A DNA stretch of 59,167 nucleotides, filler included. It is 8 parts of 8 records of this genome, joined end to end, with 100 filler letters (N's around TTAATTAATTAA, not from the genome) between each part and the next. Parts side by side here need not be neighbours in the genome. Positions count along the whole stretch, not along the records: positions 1 to 6,471 come from SRR31156797_17774; positions 6,572 to 17,194 come from SRR31156797_17778; 6 more parts are not named here. The stretch is one strand, 5' to 3'. The first letter of the stretch is position 1, and the number at the start of each line of letters is the position of its first letter. This document shows, piece after piece, positions 1-11,600 of this stretch. The translations under genes and the position numbers were made by a program. The notes beneath the pieces are model-generated. The model had not been told where the DNA came from. It worked only from the letters and a program-made list of their open reading frames with translations, and made no database searches.

Positions 1-28
1 TTGCTTCGTCGTTCCTCCTCGCAATGAC
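1..28. repeat. REP-like palindromic element remnant at contig edge
   Basis: TTGCTTCGTCGTTCCTCCTCGCAATGAC has TTGC/GCAA arms and resembles the GTCATTGCGAG...GAAGCAATC class of intergenic palindromic repeats. Single copy here. Confidence 0.45.
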
Positions 29-103
29 GAAAGAGTTTAACTTTTCGAAAATCTGTTTTTTTTACCCATTCAATTTTAGCATTTTTGTGCAAAATATAGA
101 ATT

Positions 104-1318
104 ATGCAAAAATCAATCGCCATAATCTGCGGAGGTGGACCAGCACCCGGAATAAATAATGTTGTAAGCACAACCGCTCGTGTTTTCTTAAAAAATGGAT
201 ACAGAGTCCTGGGAGTGCATGAAGGATTTAAAGGATTGCTCAGTGAAAATCCGGATGTGGTAGAGATTGATTTTGAATTTGCTGATCAAATATGGAGCAA
301 AGGCGGTTCTGCATTGAAAATGAGCCGATTTAAGCCTAAAAACAGTGATTTTTCAGCCACATTTTTCAAAGAAAACAATATTGAATTACTTGTTTCAATT
401 GGAGGGGATGATACTGCCTCCACCGCAGCCCGATTAGCAGATTATTTGCACACAAAGCAAATCGAGGTAAAAAGCATTCACGTACCCAAAACCATCGATA
501 ACGATCTGCCTTTGCCGCCAGGAGTTCCTACTTTTGGTTACCAAACAGCTAAAGAAACAGGTGTAGTTTTAGGAACTACGGTTTATGAAGATGCACGCAC
601 ATCTCAAAACTGGTTCGTGATGTGTGCCATGGGACGCGAAGCCGGACATTTAGCCTTTGGAATAGGTAGTGCCTGCCATTTCCCAATGATTATTATCCCA
701 GAGATTTTCAATAAAACCAAAATCACCGTTGATAAAATAGTAAGCCTGGTAATATCAAGCATTGTTAAGCGGCGTATAATGGGTATTCGCTATGGCGTAG
801 CTATGATCAGCGAAGGTGTATTTCATTTTCTGGAAAAAGAGGACCTGGAAGCTACAGGTATTCAATTCGAATATGATGAACATGGTCACCCTGAATTGAA
901 TCAGGTAAGTAAAGCACACATATTTAACCAACTGGTGATGCGCAAAATGAAAGAGCTAAAACTTGATCAGAAAAGCCGACCGGTGGAACTTGGTTATGCC
1001 ATGCGATGTGCTCGCCCCATTGGATTTGATTTAACCTACACATCACTTTTAGGAAGAGGGGTTTATTCGCTTTATAAACAAGGTTATACCAAATGCATGG
1101 TTACACAATCACCTGAAGGTGAGATTATTCCTTTGTTTCTAGATGATGTACGTGGAGAAGATGGTCGTATTAAAACCCGATTGGTAGATATAAGCACGCA
1201 TAAGGTAAAAACCGTGTATGATATGCTCCATTACCTCAATAAAAATGATGTGGAAGCAGCAAAAGAATATCTTGAAAAGCCTGAGGAATTTGTGTTTGAG
1301 GAAATTTTACAATGGTAA
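104..1318 (+). CDS. pfp: Phosphofructokinase, probably PPi-dependent
   Basis: Motifs GGGPAPGIN, SIGGDDT (the GGDD Asp typical of PPi-dependent enzymes), PKTIDND and MGR. Confidence 0.85.
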   Translation: MQKSIAIICGGGPAPGINNVVSTTARVFLKNGYRVLGVHEGFKGLLSENPDVVEIDFEFADQIWSKGGSALKMSRFKPKNSDFSATFFKENNIELLVSIGGDDTASTAARLADYLHTKQIEVKSIHVPKTIDNDLPLPPGVPTFGYQTAKETGVVLGTTVYEDARTSQNWFVMCAMGREAGHLAFGIGSACHFPMIIIPEIFNKTKITVDKIVSLVISSIVKRRIMGIRYGVAMISEGVFHFLEKEDLEATGIQFEYDEHGHPELNQVSKAHIFNQLVMRKMKELKLDQKSRPVELGYAMRCARPIGFDLTYTSLLGRGVYSLYKQGYTKCMVTQSPEGEIIPLFLDDVRGEDGRIKTRLVDISTHKVKTVYDMLHYLNKNDVEAAKEYLEKPEEFVFEEILQW

Positions 1319-1326
1319 ACTTATAG

Positions 1327-2871
1327 TTAATTACCTAATTGAGAAAAAACTTGCTTCAAATCAATATAATGAATCATCGTATCATCTACACTTATTAGTT
1401 TATTTCTGCGAACATAATATATCCCACTTAAACTTAACCTTTTAATTATCTTCTTCTCCTTATTCTCTATGATTAAAGTCCCTAAATGATTTGTAAGTAA
1501 TTTAAATTCAAAACTATCATGAATTAAGTGAAATGCTTCTTCTTTAGGAAAAATATATACGCTGTCCAATTCAGGCATATAACAAGATACATGATTTTTC
1601 ATGTACATATAAATATTTTCTGGAATTGAGGCTATAGTTTCAATTTGATTATTTCCATTCATTCTGTACAGTGTATCTATAATTCTTGGAATCGAAAGAT
1701 TTGAATTTGATATTTCATTATCATACAATATAGAAAGGTCATTTGGATCTATAACTGAAACATTAAGTACAGAAGGTAAAATAATTTTTTCCTTGATTAA
1801 AATACTTGTGATTATTCTATCACCCAACATTTGCATATTTAGACGTTTTCCAGTTTTTTTATCAAATGAAGCAATGAAAGAATTACCATGCTTTTCCCAG
1901 ATTTGATGGTATCTCAAGATACCTGTATTAACAAGATAAAGTTTATCATTATAGATTTCTAATAATGAATTTGTCATAATATCCTTAGGAAGGCTCTTTT
2001 TCCATATAATCTCACCAGTTATTGAGATAGCTGCTATTTGTTCTGATCCTGCAAAATATATTACATTATCATCAAAAATAATATTTGAACATATATTCGT
2101 CTGGTATTTACTTGGTTGATAATTCCCACCACCGGCTGGCACAACCATTACACCAAAAAACATCGTAAATAAATTCAATGCATACACTTCATTATTTACA
2201 CCAAGCACATCTGGAACATCAATTATTCTAAAGGTTTTAATTTTATGTTCCCATCCTTCTCCAGTTAAAGGATTAAGCATGAATAAATACTTTGCGGAAT
2301 AAATATGCACTGAATCATTAATATATAAAGCTTTATCAAGACTAGAAAACATATTCAGTTTCCTAATCCACTTTGTTTTGCCATCATCTATATTAACTCC
2401 CCTAAACCTTTGTCTTTCATATAAAGTTTTCGAATTTACAGGCATTCCATATGCTATTTTTTGCTGTTCATCCCAAAATAGAAGTCGCATATCTGTATAC
2501 CACTTTCTTTTACCCGTAAAATTATTAATATGATAACTATAATCCTTTTCATTAATAATTGTAGCATTATCATAAAAGGAAGCCATCAAATGTCTTTTTT
2601 TCTTTTCCCAATGAATCTTTCCTGTTTCAATATTCAGCATAGAAACCAAACCTTTAGTAGCACCTGTCCATAAATCAGAGTTTCTCTTAGAAAATACTAT
2701 AAGATTTGTATCATCTAGAAACCTAAAATCTCTAACAGGATATTTAAAACTATAAGTTTTTACAGGAATATTATTTAACTCTGAAACGTTAATACTTTGT
2801 CCGCAAACAAAAATTGGCAGCAGTATAAAACTAACCAACAACACCTTAATAAAATACAATCTGGATAACAT
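1327..2871 (-). CDS. Secreted PQQ-like/BamB-type beta-propeller protein
   Basis: Signal peptide ending CGQ; repeated xxTGK..W motifs (ETGKIHWEK, FTGKRKWY, DDGKTKWIR, ITGEIIWKK). Confidence 0.6.
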   Translation of the reverse strand: MLSRLYFIKVLLVSFILLPIFVCGQSINVSELNNIPVKTYSFKYPVRDFRFLDDTNLIVFSKRNSDLWTGATKGLVSMLNIETGKIHWEKKKRHLMASFYDNATIINEKDYSYHINNFTGKRKWYTDMRLLFWDEQQKIAYGMPVNSKTLYERQRFRGVNIDDGKTKWIRKLNMFSSLDKALYINDSVHIYSAKYLFMLNPLTGEGWEHKIKTFRIIDVPDVLGVNNEVYALNLFTMFFGVMVVPAGGGNYQPSKYQTNICSNIIFDDNVIYFAGSEQIAAISITGEIIWKKSLPKDIMTNSLLEIYNDKLYLVNTGILRYHQIWEKHGNSFIASFDKKTGKRLNMQMLGDRIITSILIKEKIILPSVLNVSVIDPNDLSILYDNEISNSNLSIPRIIDTLYRMNGNNQIETIASIPENIYMYMKNHVSCYMPELDSVYIFPKEEAFHLIHDSFEFKLLTNHLGTLIIENKEKKIIKRLSLSGIYYVRRNKLISVDDTMIHYIDLKQVFSQLGN

Positions 2872-2965
2872 TTGGATAATAATTAAAACATTGTAAAGAA
2901 AAGTATAATTACAATTACTTTCAAAAAATTCACTAATTCAATAAATATACTTTTTAACTTTTCAA

Positions 2966-3802
2966 TTATACAATATCTGCTAATTCCTTTTTTAATTTAT
3001 CTTTTTTACGCCCAGTAATTCCTAATTCATATAGAATAGTTCTACTTTCACTCAATTGATTACAGGTAACCATGCCTTTCTCAAGCAATATTTTTTTTTG
3101 AGCTTTAGTAAGATTCTGAAGTATAGTTAAAGGATATATTTTATACTCTTCAATTAGGTTTTTAAGTCCTTTGCCATATGGATAATCCCATGCCAACAGA
3201 TTGAGTCCACTGCATTTTCCATATTGGGTAGAATCTTCTGAAAACCGGGTATTGGTGACTACCCAACCTTTAAAATCGAAATCTTTTGTCGCAGGAATTG
3301 CTTTACGTACATGAATGATATCATTAACGCGAGAACGCACATACAAAGGTACCTGCACACTTACTTGCTTTCCCTGGTGCTTACTGTATTTACATTCAAC
3401 CAAGTGTTGCTCTTTACCTTTGGTGGCAATTACATCCATCTCGTGCGTTACACAAGTGCCATCTACCACAACACCCACTTCCGTAGAAAAACCTTGTTTT
3501 TGAAATAATTGACCGATAAGTGTTTCAAAAGGATAACCCGATGGGCCCAACTCCAATATAGCTTGCTTTAGCCTATAACGTAAACCTGATATATCCGGTT
3601 GGTGCCTGAGCAATGAAAAAGCATGTGCATATAACTTTTTTGTAGTTACTCCGGGATAAATCCATTTGTAAGTTTCCTCTACAATTTTCTCTATAATAGC
3701 TGCTCCTGCGCCGGCATTGCGAAGAGAACGTTCCAGTTTTTCGACAGAAAAGGGTTCCTCCTCTCCTGAGGCCTTTGTAACGAGTATTTCTGGGTGTATC
3801 AT
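2966..3802 (-). CDS. ATP-cone domain fused to Mrr-like PD-(D/E)xK restriction endonuclease domain
   Basis: N-terminal VTKASGEEEPFSVEKLERSL (ATP cone); GYPFE...HEMDVIA...LVECK nuclease motif; VVTNTRFS. Confidence 0.75.
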   Translation of the reverse strand: MIHPEILVTKASGEEEPFSVEKLERSLRNAGAGAAIIEKIVEETYKWIYPGVTTKKLYAHAFSLLRHQPDISGLRYRLKQAILELGPSGYPFETLIGQLFQKQGFSTEVGVVVDGTCVTHEMDVIATKGKEQHLVECKYSKHQGKQVSVQVPLYVRSRVNDIIHVRKAIPATKDFDFKGWVVTNTRFSEDSTQYGKCSGLNLLAWDYPYGKGLKNLIEEYKIYPLTILQNLTKAQKKILLEKGMVTCNQLSESRTILYELGITGRKKDKLKKELADIV

Positions 3803-3825
3803 GATGGTAAAGATAGGAAAAAATC

Positions 3826-3858
3826 ACCATCGGTGTCGCTTTGAGCGACGCCGATGGT
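3826..3858. repeat. GC-rich 15-bp inverted repeat (REP-like hairpin)
   Basis: ACCATCGGTGTCGCT-TTG-AGCGACGCCGATGGT with one G:T pair and no U-tract. Confidence 0.6.
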
Positions 3859-3875
3859 ATCTTCCAATTCCAAAC

Positions 3876-3900
3876 AAAAAGCCCGACTCTCGCCGGGCTT
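3876..3900 (-). terminator. Rho-independent terminator of the prolyl oligopeptidase gene
   Basis: Minus strand reads AAGCCCGGC-GAGA-GTCGGGCTTTTT, 20 nt after the stop codon. Confidence 0.75.
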
Positions 3901-3920
3901 CAATTGTATATTTAGCAATT

Positions 3921-6074
3921 CTATTCTTCTTTTTTCACTTCATATTTTGGCGTAAATCCCATGTTGTAGAATGAGAATGCCCATAGGTCTGCGTATTCCT
4001 GGATAACCATACTGGTTGGTTTTCCAGCTCCATGCCCTGCTTTTACAGCAATGCGAATCAACACAGGATTGTCTCCCTTGTATTTATCTTGCAATTCAGC
4101 AATGTACTTGAATGAGTGTGCTGGTACTACGCGGTCATCATGATCAGCAGTGGTTACCATCACAGCCGGGTATTCAGTATCAGCTTTTACAGTATGTACC
4201 GGTGAATAGCTCATTAAATAGTTGAACATCTCTTCGCTATCTTCTGATGTACCGTAATCAGTAGCCCAGTAACGCCCAATGGTAAATTTGTGGTAACGTA
4301 ACATATCCATTACTCCCACTGCAGGTAATGCCACTGCAAACAGATCAGGACGCTGATTTGTAACTGCACCTACTAATAATCCACCGTTTGAACCACCCTG
4401 AATAGCTAATTTTTCAGATGAGGTGTACTTGTTATCAATCAAATATTCAGCTGCTGAGATGAAATCATCAAATACATTCTGTTTCTGCATAATGGTTCCG
4501 GCTTTGTGCCAGTCTTCTCCATACTCACCACCTCCACGAAGGTTAGCCATAGCAAATACGCCACCATTCTCCATCCAAATCAAACGAGTAATGCTGAATG
4601 AAGGCGTCAAACTAATGTTAAATCCACCATAACCATACAGCAATGTTGGCGCAGTTCCATCCAGTTTTAGACCTTTTTTATGGGTAATGAACATAGGCAC
4701 TTTTGTACCATCTTTACTTTCATAAAAAACCTGTTTGGTTTCATATCCTGAAGCATCAAAATCGATTTCAGAAGTTTGGTAAATTTCTGATTTATTGTTA
4801 GCTACATCATACCTATAAATGGTTGATGGTGTGGTAAATGAAGTCACAGTATAGAAAGTTTCGTTATCTTCCAGTTTACCACCAAAACCACCAATTGATC
4901 CTACCATATCATTATCTAATCCATACAAGAATTTACCATCTAAATCAAAGATCTTAATTTGAGAGTGCGCATCTTTCATGTAATTGGCAATCATTTTACC
5001 ACCCACAAGGCTGATTCCTCTTAATACACCTTCTTCTTCAGGAATAAATTCAGTCCAATTCTCAATTTTGTGATTCATTGGATCAGCTGCCATAATACGA
5101 TAGCGAGAAGCTCCATCATTAGTCTGAATTAAAAATTTACCATTGATATGATCTAACACACTATAATCTTTATCAAAACCTTCAACCAAAACCTTCATCT
5201 CAGAGTTAGGTTTAGTTAAATCTTTGAAATACAGTGCATTTCCGCTTGTCGACTCAGTCACATACAGAATCATGTATTTCTCATCTTCAGTAATATCAAC
5301 GCCAAATCCCCATTGTGGATGTGCAGGATCTTCGTAGTATAATTTATCCTGATCCTGAGTAGTTCCAATCTTGTGATAGTATACTTTATTATTCTCATTC
5401 ACACCACTCAAAGCAGTACCTTTTTCAGGTTCTGGGTAGCGTGTATAGAAGAAACCATCTTTATACCATGTAATTCCTGAGAATTTAGCCCACATGATAT
5501 GGTCCTCTAGCATTTCACCCGTTTCAATATCTTTTACATAAATCTCACGCCAGTCTGAACCACCACGTGATATTGAATAAGCCAGGTACTTGCCGTCTTC
5601 TGATGGAGCAAACCCTGCCAATGCAACTGTTCCATCTTCTGATAGTTTATTAGGATCAAGAATTACTTTACCTTCATCCTCAAGGCTTGATTTGATATAA
5701 GCAACTGACTGGTTCTGAAGTCCGTCATTTTTGAATACAAAATAATGAGGCCCTCTTTTAAATGGAGCAGAAATACGTGGATAGTCCCAAATCTCTGTCA
5801 AGCGATCTTTAATGGCATCGCGGAAAGGAATTTTGTCTAAGTAACCAAATGTTACTTCATTTTGTGCTTTTACCCAGGCAGCTGTTTCAGCCGAAGTATC
5901 ATTCTCCAACCAACGATAAGGATCGGCTACTTTTGTGCCGAAATAATCATCAACCACATCGCCTTTTTTCGTTACAGGGTAAGTTAATTTCATTTTTTGT
6001 TTCTTTTCACCGCCGCACGCAAACATTAATAGTGCAGCAATTACAACCAGAATTAGAGGTTTCATGCTTTTCAT
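3921..6074 (-). CDS. Prolyl oligopeptidase (S9A), lipoprotein
   Basis: ADPYRWLE, catalytic GGSNGG, DHDDRV and AGHG motifs; lipobox LMFAC. Confidence 0.95.
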   Translation of the reverse strand: MKSMKPLILVVIAALLMFACGGEKKQKMKLTYPVTKKGDVVDDYFGTKVADPYRWLENDTSAETAAWVKAQNEVTFGYLDKIPFRDAIKDRLTEIWDYPRISAPFKRGPHYFVFKNDGLQNQSVAYIKSSLEDEGKVILDPNKLSEDGTVALAGFAPSEDGKYLAYSISRGGSDWREIYVKDIETGEMLEDHIMWAKFSGITWYKDGFFYTRYPEPEKGTALSGVNENNKVYYHKIGTTQDQDKLYYEDPAHPQWGFGVDITEDEKYMILYVTESTSGNALYFKDLTKPNSEMKVLVEGFDKDYSVLDHINGKFLIQTNDGASRYRIMAADPMNHKIENWTEFIPEEEGVLRGISLVGGKMIANYMKDAHSQIKIFDLDGKFLYGLDNDMVGSIGGFGGKLEDNETFYTVTSFTTPSTIYRYDVANNKSEIYQTSEIDFDASGYETKQVFYESKDGTKVPMFITHKKGLKLDGTAPTLLYGYGGFNISLTPSFSITRLIWMENGGVFAMANLRGGGEYGEDWHKAGTIMQKQNVFDDFISAAEYLIDNKYTSSEKLAIQGGSNGGLLVGAVTNQRPDLFAVALPAVGVMDMLRYHKFTIGRYWATDYGTSEDSEEMFNYLMSYSPVHTVKADTEYPAVMVTTADHDDRVVPAHSFKYIAELQDKYKGDNPVLIRIAVKAGHGAGKPTSMVIQEYADLWAFSFYNMGFTPKYEVKKEE

Positions 6075-6471
6075 ATGTATATGTTTATTAATTGATAAAA
6101 CTTAATTTTAAATAAGAAGCATAAATTTACTATAAATCAATGCACAATACAATAAAAAATCTTTTAGGAAGAAAATTTGTCCATTTGTGATACACTTTAT
6201 CAAAAAAATATTAAGTGAATCATTCATAATTTGATAACTACTCTAAATATTTATTGAATATAAAAATAGATATTAGATAAAATTAAAATATATACAACAT
6301 ACATAAAGTATTTAATATACAAGGCCTTTAACTTGAATGGAATTTGATATATTAAATAATTTTTAGTAATATCGGCTGTTTTTAGTAGAATTCAAATTGC
6401 AAAACAAAACACATCCAACAAACTACTTATTATGAGAAACCTAACACTACTATTCGCTATTTTTTTAATGG

Positions 6472-6571
6472 NNNNNNNNNNNNNNNNNNNNNNNNNNNNN
6501 NNNNNNNNNNNNNNNTTAATTAATTAANNNNNNNNNNNNNNNNNNNNNNNNNNNNNNNNNNNNNNNNNNNN
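6472..6571. other. Artificial contig spacer
   Basis: N44-TTAATTAATTAA-N44, which gives stops in all six frames. Confidence 0.98.
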
Positions 6572-6799
6572 TGTAACTTTTTTTTTCAAGAAAAAAAGTT
6601 TTGATAATATTTTCTACAACTTTTTTAACCCATGCAGAAGCATCTTATAATTTTTATCACTGAAAATTGCAATAATATTTTTTTAGTTAAGACTTTCATT
6701 TTTTAGGGGTGGCTCAATGCACAAAACAGGCGCAATTACATTGCAGGAAGCAGCAGATCAGGTATAAACAAACATTTAGTATAACTTCTCAAAATATTC

Positions 6800-6832
6800 A
6801 AAGGCGGTTTCTAAAACTAGGAGCCGCTTTTT
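6800..6832. terminator. Probable bidirectional terminator
   Basis: AAAGGCGGTTTCTA-AAAC-TAGGAGCCGCTTTTT abutting the cupin stop codon. Confidence 0.6.
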
Positions 6833-7332
6833 TATGATCTCGTAAATCTTCTTATCAACTCCTCGTGTTTCGGAAATAATTTAATGAGCTGTGCTGCAGT
6901 TGGCATGTCAAAATCTGCATAATCAAATCCCGGTGTCACCATACATCCACAAAAACCATATTTTTTTACAGCAGTTGCTGCGAAGAATGTTCCGGCTGGA
7001 ATTACAAGCTGTGGAATTTCATTTTTGTTAATTCCCGGTCCCAATTTGAAAGCTTTATAGGTGCCATCCTCAAAAATACAATGTATTTCAGGTCCTTCAC
7101 CAGCATGGTAATACCATATTTCATCCTGTTTGAGTTTGTGAAATGCTGAGAATGATCCTTGTGGTAAAAGAAACAATATGGATGTAGCAAGTGATCTTCT
7201 TCCGGAAAATGTTTCAGGTAGATTTTTCTCAAGTACAATAATATCAGATCTATAGTTTTCAACAAAATAGCCACCTTCAGGGTGGGGTTTCATATCAAAG
7301 TTTTCAATGATTTGATTGACCTCTTTTTCCAT
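6832..7332 (-). CDS. Cupin_5 (DUF985) family protein
   Basis: PHPEGGYF, TSILFLL, DEIWYYHAG and VTPGFDYADF motifs. Start reassigned to ATG 7332 (MEKEVNQII). Confidence 0.9.
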   Translation of the reverse strand: MEKEVNQIIENFDMKPHPEGGYFVENYRSDIIVLEKNLPETFSGRRSLATSILFLLPQGSFSAFHKLKQDEIWYYHAGEGPEIHCIFEDGTYKAFKLGPGINKNEIPQLVIPAGTFFAATAVKKYGFCGCMVTPGFDYADFDMPTAAQLIKLFPKHEELIRRFTRS

Positions 7333-8587
7333 CGTTATGTCTCTTTTGTTTACTTTTATTATGGGGTTTCTGTTTGTGGGTTGAATTGCTTTTTTTATGT
7401 CGGTATGGTCCTTTTGAATAGCGTCTCTTTTTTTCTTCAACTTTCCATTCCGGCCCTTTTCCTAATTCTGGTGGCAAAGGTATACGAATGAGTTCTCTTT
7501 CAATCAACTTTTCAATGCTGGCAAACTTCGACATGTCGGCCTGATTGATAAGTGTGAGCGCAACACCGGTTGATTTTGCACGCGCCGTTCTTCCGACTCT
7601 ATGGACATAATCTTCCGCATCGCCAGGTACATCATAATTAATGATCAGATTGATATCTTTGATGTCAATACCTCTGGATAAAACGTCTGTTGCAACGAGT
7701 ATGCGGGTTTCACGGCTTCTAAAGCTTAGTAGTACCTTTTCTCGGTCGTTTTGTTCTAAATCGGATGATATTCCCTTTACATTCTTCTCATACTTTTGCA
7801 ATTGTCTTGCAATAACATTCACATTTTTCTTTGTTGCTGTAAAAATGAGTATGCTATCGTATTCGGGATTATCTTTTATAAGTTGTTGAAGTAATGGTAA
7901 TTTTTGATTATCGTGAACAAGATAGGTTCCTTGTAAAACACCTTCTGCAGGTTTTGATATTTCAGTATTGACTTCTTTTGGTTTATTGAGAATACTATTG
8001 GCTAGTCTTCGCACTTTGTCAGGCATTGTAGCACTGAACATTAAGCTTTGCCTTTGCTTAGGTATGTTAGATATAATTTTAATAAGATCATCATAAAACC
8101 CAATATCAAGCATTCTATCTGCTTCATCCAGAATTAGATGTTTCACATTTGAGAAATTTACATAACCCAACTTGATATGAGCCAAAAGTCTGCCAGGTGT
8201 GGCCACAACAATACCGGTACCTGATCGAAGTACTTTCTTTTCGCTATCCCATTCAGTTCCGTCACCTCCTCCATAAATGGCAATAGTTTCAATATTGGCA
8301 AAGTAACCTATTCCCTGTATTTCCTGATCAATTTGAATGGCAAGTTCTCGGGTTGGTACTAATATCAGAGTATGAATTCCTTCTGTTTTTAGTCCAATAG
8401 TTTGATGAATTACCGGTAAAATAAATGCGGCAGTCTTTCCGGTACCGGTTTGCGCACATGCAATAAGGTCTGATCCATCTAAAATATGTGGAATGGCCAA
8501 TTTCTGTATGGGACTTGCTTCTTCAAATCCCATGTATGAAATGGCCTCAAGTAATTCCGGATTTAAGTTAAAATTTTCAAATGACAT
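7304..8587 (-). CDS. DEAD-box RNA helicase (RhlE-like)
   Basis: AQTGTGKT, PTRELA, TPGRL, DEAD, SAT, SRGID and HRVGRTAR motifs; basic C-terminal tail. Confidence 0.95.
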   Translation of the reverse strand: MSFENFNLNPELLEAISYMGFEEASPIQKLAIPHILDGSDLIACAQTGTGKTAAFILPVIHQTIGLKTEGIHTLILVPTRELAIQIDQEIQGIGYFANIETIAIYGGGDGTEWDSEKKVLRSGTGIVVATPGRLLAHIKLGYVNFSNVKHLILDEADRMLDIGFYDDLIKIISNIPKQRQSLMFSATMPDKVRRLANSILNKPKEVNTEISKPAEGVLQGTYLVHDNQKLPLLQQLIKDNPEYDSILIFTATKKNVNVIARQLQKYEKNVKGISSDLEQNDREKVLLSFRSRETRILVATDVLSRGIDIKDINLIINYDVPGDAEDYVHRVGRTARAKSTGVALTLINQADMSKFASIEKLIERELIRIPLPPELGKGPEWKVEEKKRRYSKGPYRHKKSNSTHKQKPHNKSKQKRHNDGKRGQSNH

Positions 8588-8655
8588 TAAAATCCCTGTT
8601 TGTTAATCTATTAAGAATCGTCAAATATAGATATTCAGAGCTAATAAATCATTTT

Positions 8656-11600
8656 TTAGCTTTGTTTTTTCACATTTCTGTGGTTTGTCCAGGCTGCCAT
8701 GGTAAGCATTACTAATAATCCAATACTTACATAAACAAATGTTGGTACCGGAACTGGATCGCCACCTGCATAGCTATGTAATCCAGACAGGTAATAGTTA
8801 ACACCAAAATATGTCATCAGTACACTGAAAAAAGCATATACCGACATTACATTGAAGGCAAACAATTTTTTCATTCCCGGAACTAATCTGGCATGAGTTA
8901 CGATGGTGTAAATAATAATGGTAATTAATGACCATGTTTCTTTCGGATCCCATCCCCAATAGCGACCCCACGATTCGTTGGCCCAAACTGCACCAAGGAA
9001 TGTTCCAATGGTTAGGAAAACAATACCCAGGATCAAAGTTTTGTGGTTAATTGATGTAAGGTTTAAAATTGTTTCGTTTATTCTGTCCTGATTTTTGCCA
9101 CCTTTAAGTAAAAACAGAATCAAATTGATAATGCCAAGAATAGCTCCTAAGCCCAAAAATCCATAACTACCAACAATTACAGAAACGTGTAATGTTAGCC
9201 AGTATGATTTAAGAACCGGAACAAGATTTGTTATTTCTGGATCCATGAAACTCAGGTTGGCAACCATTAGTGTTAATCCACCTAAGATGGCTGTAGCCGA
9301 TAAAGCTAAATCAGCAAATCTTCTAAAAATAAAACCTGCAAGAAGCGTTACCCATGAAACAAATAGCATTGATTCGTAGCCATTACTCATAGGGGCGTGT
9401 CCGCTGATATACCATCTTACAATTAACCCAATTGTATGTAAGAAAAATCCTATTGCAATGAGACCAATAAATGATCGGTTAACCCATTTATTGAGTTTTG
9501 TTCCTCGTATAATACTTACAACCAATACAATTAAAAAGATTAGTCCAACCGTTGCATAATATGGAAATAGCTTTTTGAAAATATTGAATTTGTAATATGC
9601 AAGTTCCAGGTTAATGTGTGTATCAGATGGCAATTCGTAACGTGTATTTTCTCTTTGATATTTGATAATGCCTGCTAATATTTCATCAGCTCTACTATAA
9701 TCGTTGGTTTTTTTAGCCTCTTTTAAAGTTTCAAAGTAAACAGGCATTACATTTTTTACAAAATCAGAGTCTTCTTTATTATCAATATGTTTAAAAGCTT
9801 CATCCGGCGCTTGCCATTTATGTAAGCTTGTGTCAGAGGTTGGAAATATATTTAAAAAACGACCTGAGATAATTCCGTAAGCAATATTTATTCGTTCGTC
9901 AACTTTAAGTAATTCCTTATCGAGTTTACTTCTTTCGGCTGGAGATTTTGCATATACTTTTTCAGCCATACCGCTTAATATATATCCGCGTCCTGGAACA
10001 ACTAATTCTTGATAGGTTGCATAGTTGCTCTTTATGCCAATCATTTTTTGCAATCCATCGTTTCCGATTTTAATGAATGGTACATTCATCCAACTTTCTG
10101 GATTAATATGCATTTCAAGGTAAAACTGAATGGCTGATACGCCTTCTATATTTGATTTCTTCGCAATTTTTCGAAGTAAATCTGAGGCAAGTGTATTCAA
10201 TGGTTTTGTCCTTCCCTGATTGTCTTGTACTAGCAGTTTTCCGAATTTATTAGCATGCTTTGCATCTATTACTTTAGGCGGGTTCTGATGCGGCTGATGA
10301 ATTATCTGCTGACGCGCTGGAGTATTAGCATGGTTATGCGCATTTGAATGCTGGGCTGTGGCAGTGGATCCAATACCTGCAAAAACAAATAGAAGTATAA
10401 TAGAAAGATTACTAGTTAATTTCTTTCGTGTATTTTTCAAGTATGAGCCTTTACTCACAATTGACCATAATAGTCCAAGGACTAGTAAGAAATATCCAAT
10501 ATACGTGATAGTAGTTCCAAGTCCATCATGGTTTACCGATAATACGGTTCCTTTTTCGTCAGTGTCGTATGATGACTGATAAAATCTATAACCTCCCATT
10601 TGTAAAATATTGTTCATGTATATATGGTATGGATGAGGCTCTTCACCTTCTTTATACACAGTTACGTGACTTGAGAAAGATGAAGGGCTCATAGAACCGG
10701 GATATCTTTCAATTTCAAAGTCATTGAGATAAATTTTAAAGGGTAATTCGATTACTTTATAGCCGTAGGCCATTTTTAATACAGTATTACCAAAAGTAAC
10801 AGTAGTTTCATTGTTTTGAAATTCTGGGCTTTCCCAAATAGCTACTTGCTTAGCCATTTCATCGTTTTTAACATTCAATATAAGAGCAGGCCTACTATTT
10901 CGCTGAGTTTGTCCACTCACAGGGGTCGCACTTAAGTATCCGCTTTTAAATGTTTCTTGAATAACAATGTTATTGTTCTCTATTTCATATAGTTTTTTAA
11001 TTTCAATAGGGTTTTTACCTTCTATAAACTTAACCTCTTCATTGTTAGCCATGTCACTCATTGATATTCCACTCTTAGATTCGATGTAAAAACCGTCTTG
11101 CTGAATACTAAAGTTTATATCACTATCTCCAATAGAATCCTGGAATGATATTTTGAGATTACCAAGTTGTTTAACTTCACCTTTTAGTATGTATGTAAAA
11201 CCACGATATGCTTTTCCTGCCATTATAAAACCAATAATTGGTTTACCGTCAACTGATTCAATGGCATTTTCTACAGCTGCATTATAATAACCTGCCAATT
11301 CTATCTGGTATTTTTGATTATTAATATCAATATCATCACTAAATGAATCCTCGTGGATGTTGTCAAAGTTCAGGATGTATGAATATGTTTGTTGATCATT
11401 GGCCCGAATTTTAATGGCTTTATCTTTCATTAAAATCTGATTAGAACTTTTACCTTCTCTAATGTGCATAATACCTTCGTAACCGATGTACCTTGTAACA
11501 GCAGCTCCAAGTAAAATAATTACAAATGCAATATGAAATAGGAGTAAAGGCCACTTGCTTTTTTTGTATAATTTACGTGTAAATATGGCACCAGTAAAAT

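Noticed and set aside
6717-6767. Tiny ORF MHKTGAITLQEAADQV before the terminator
   Set aside because: It is 16 codons long with no recognisable homology or independent support.
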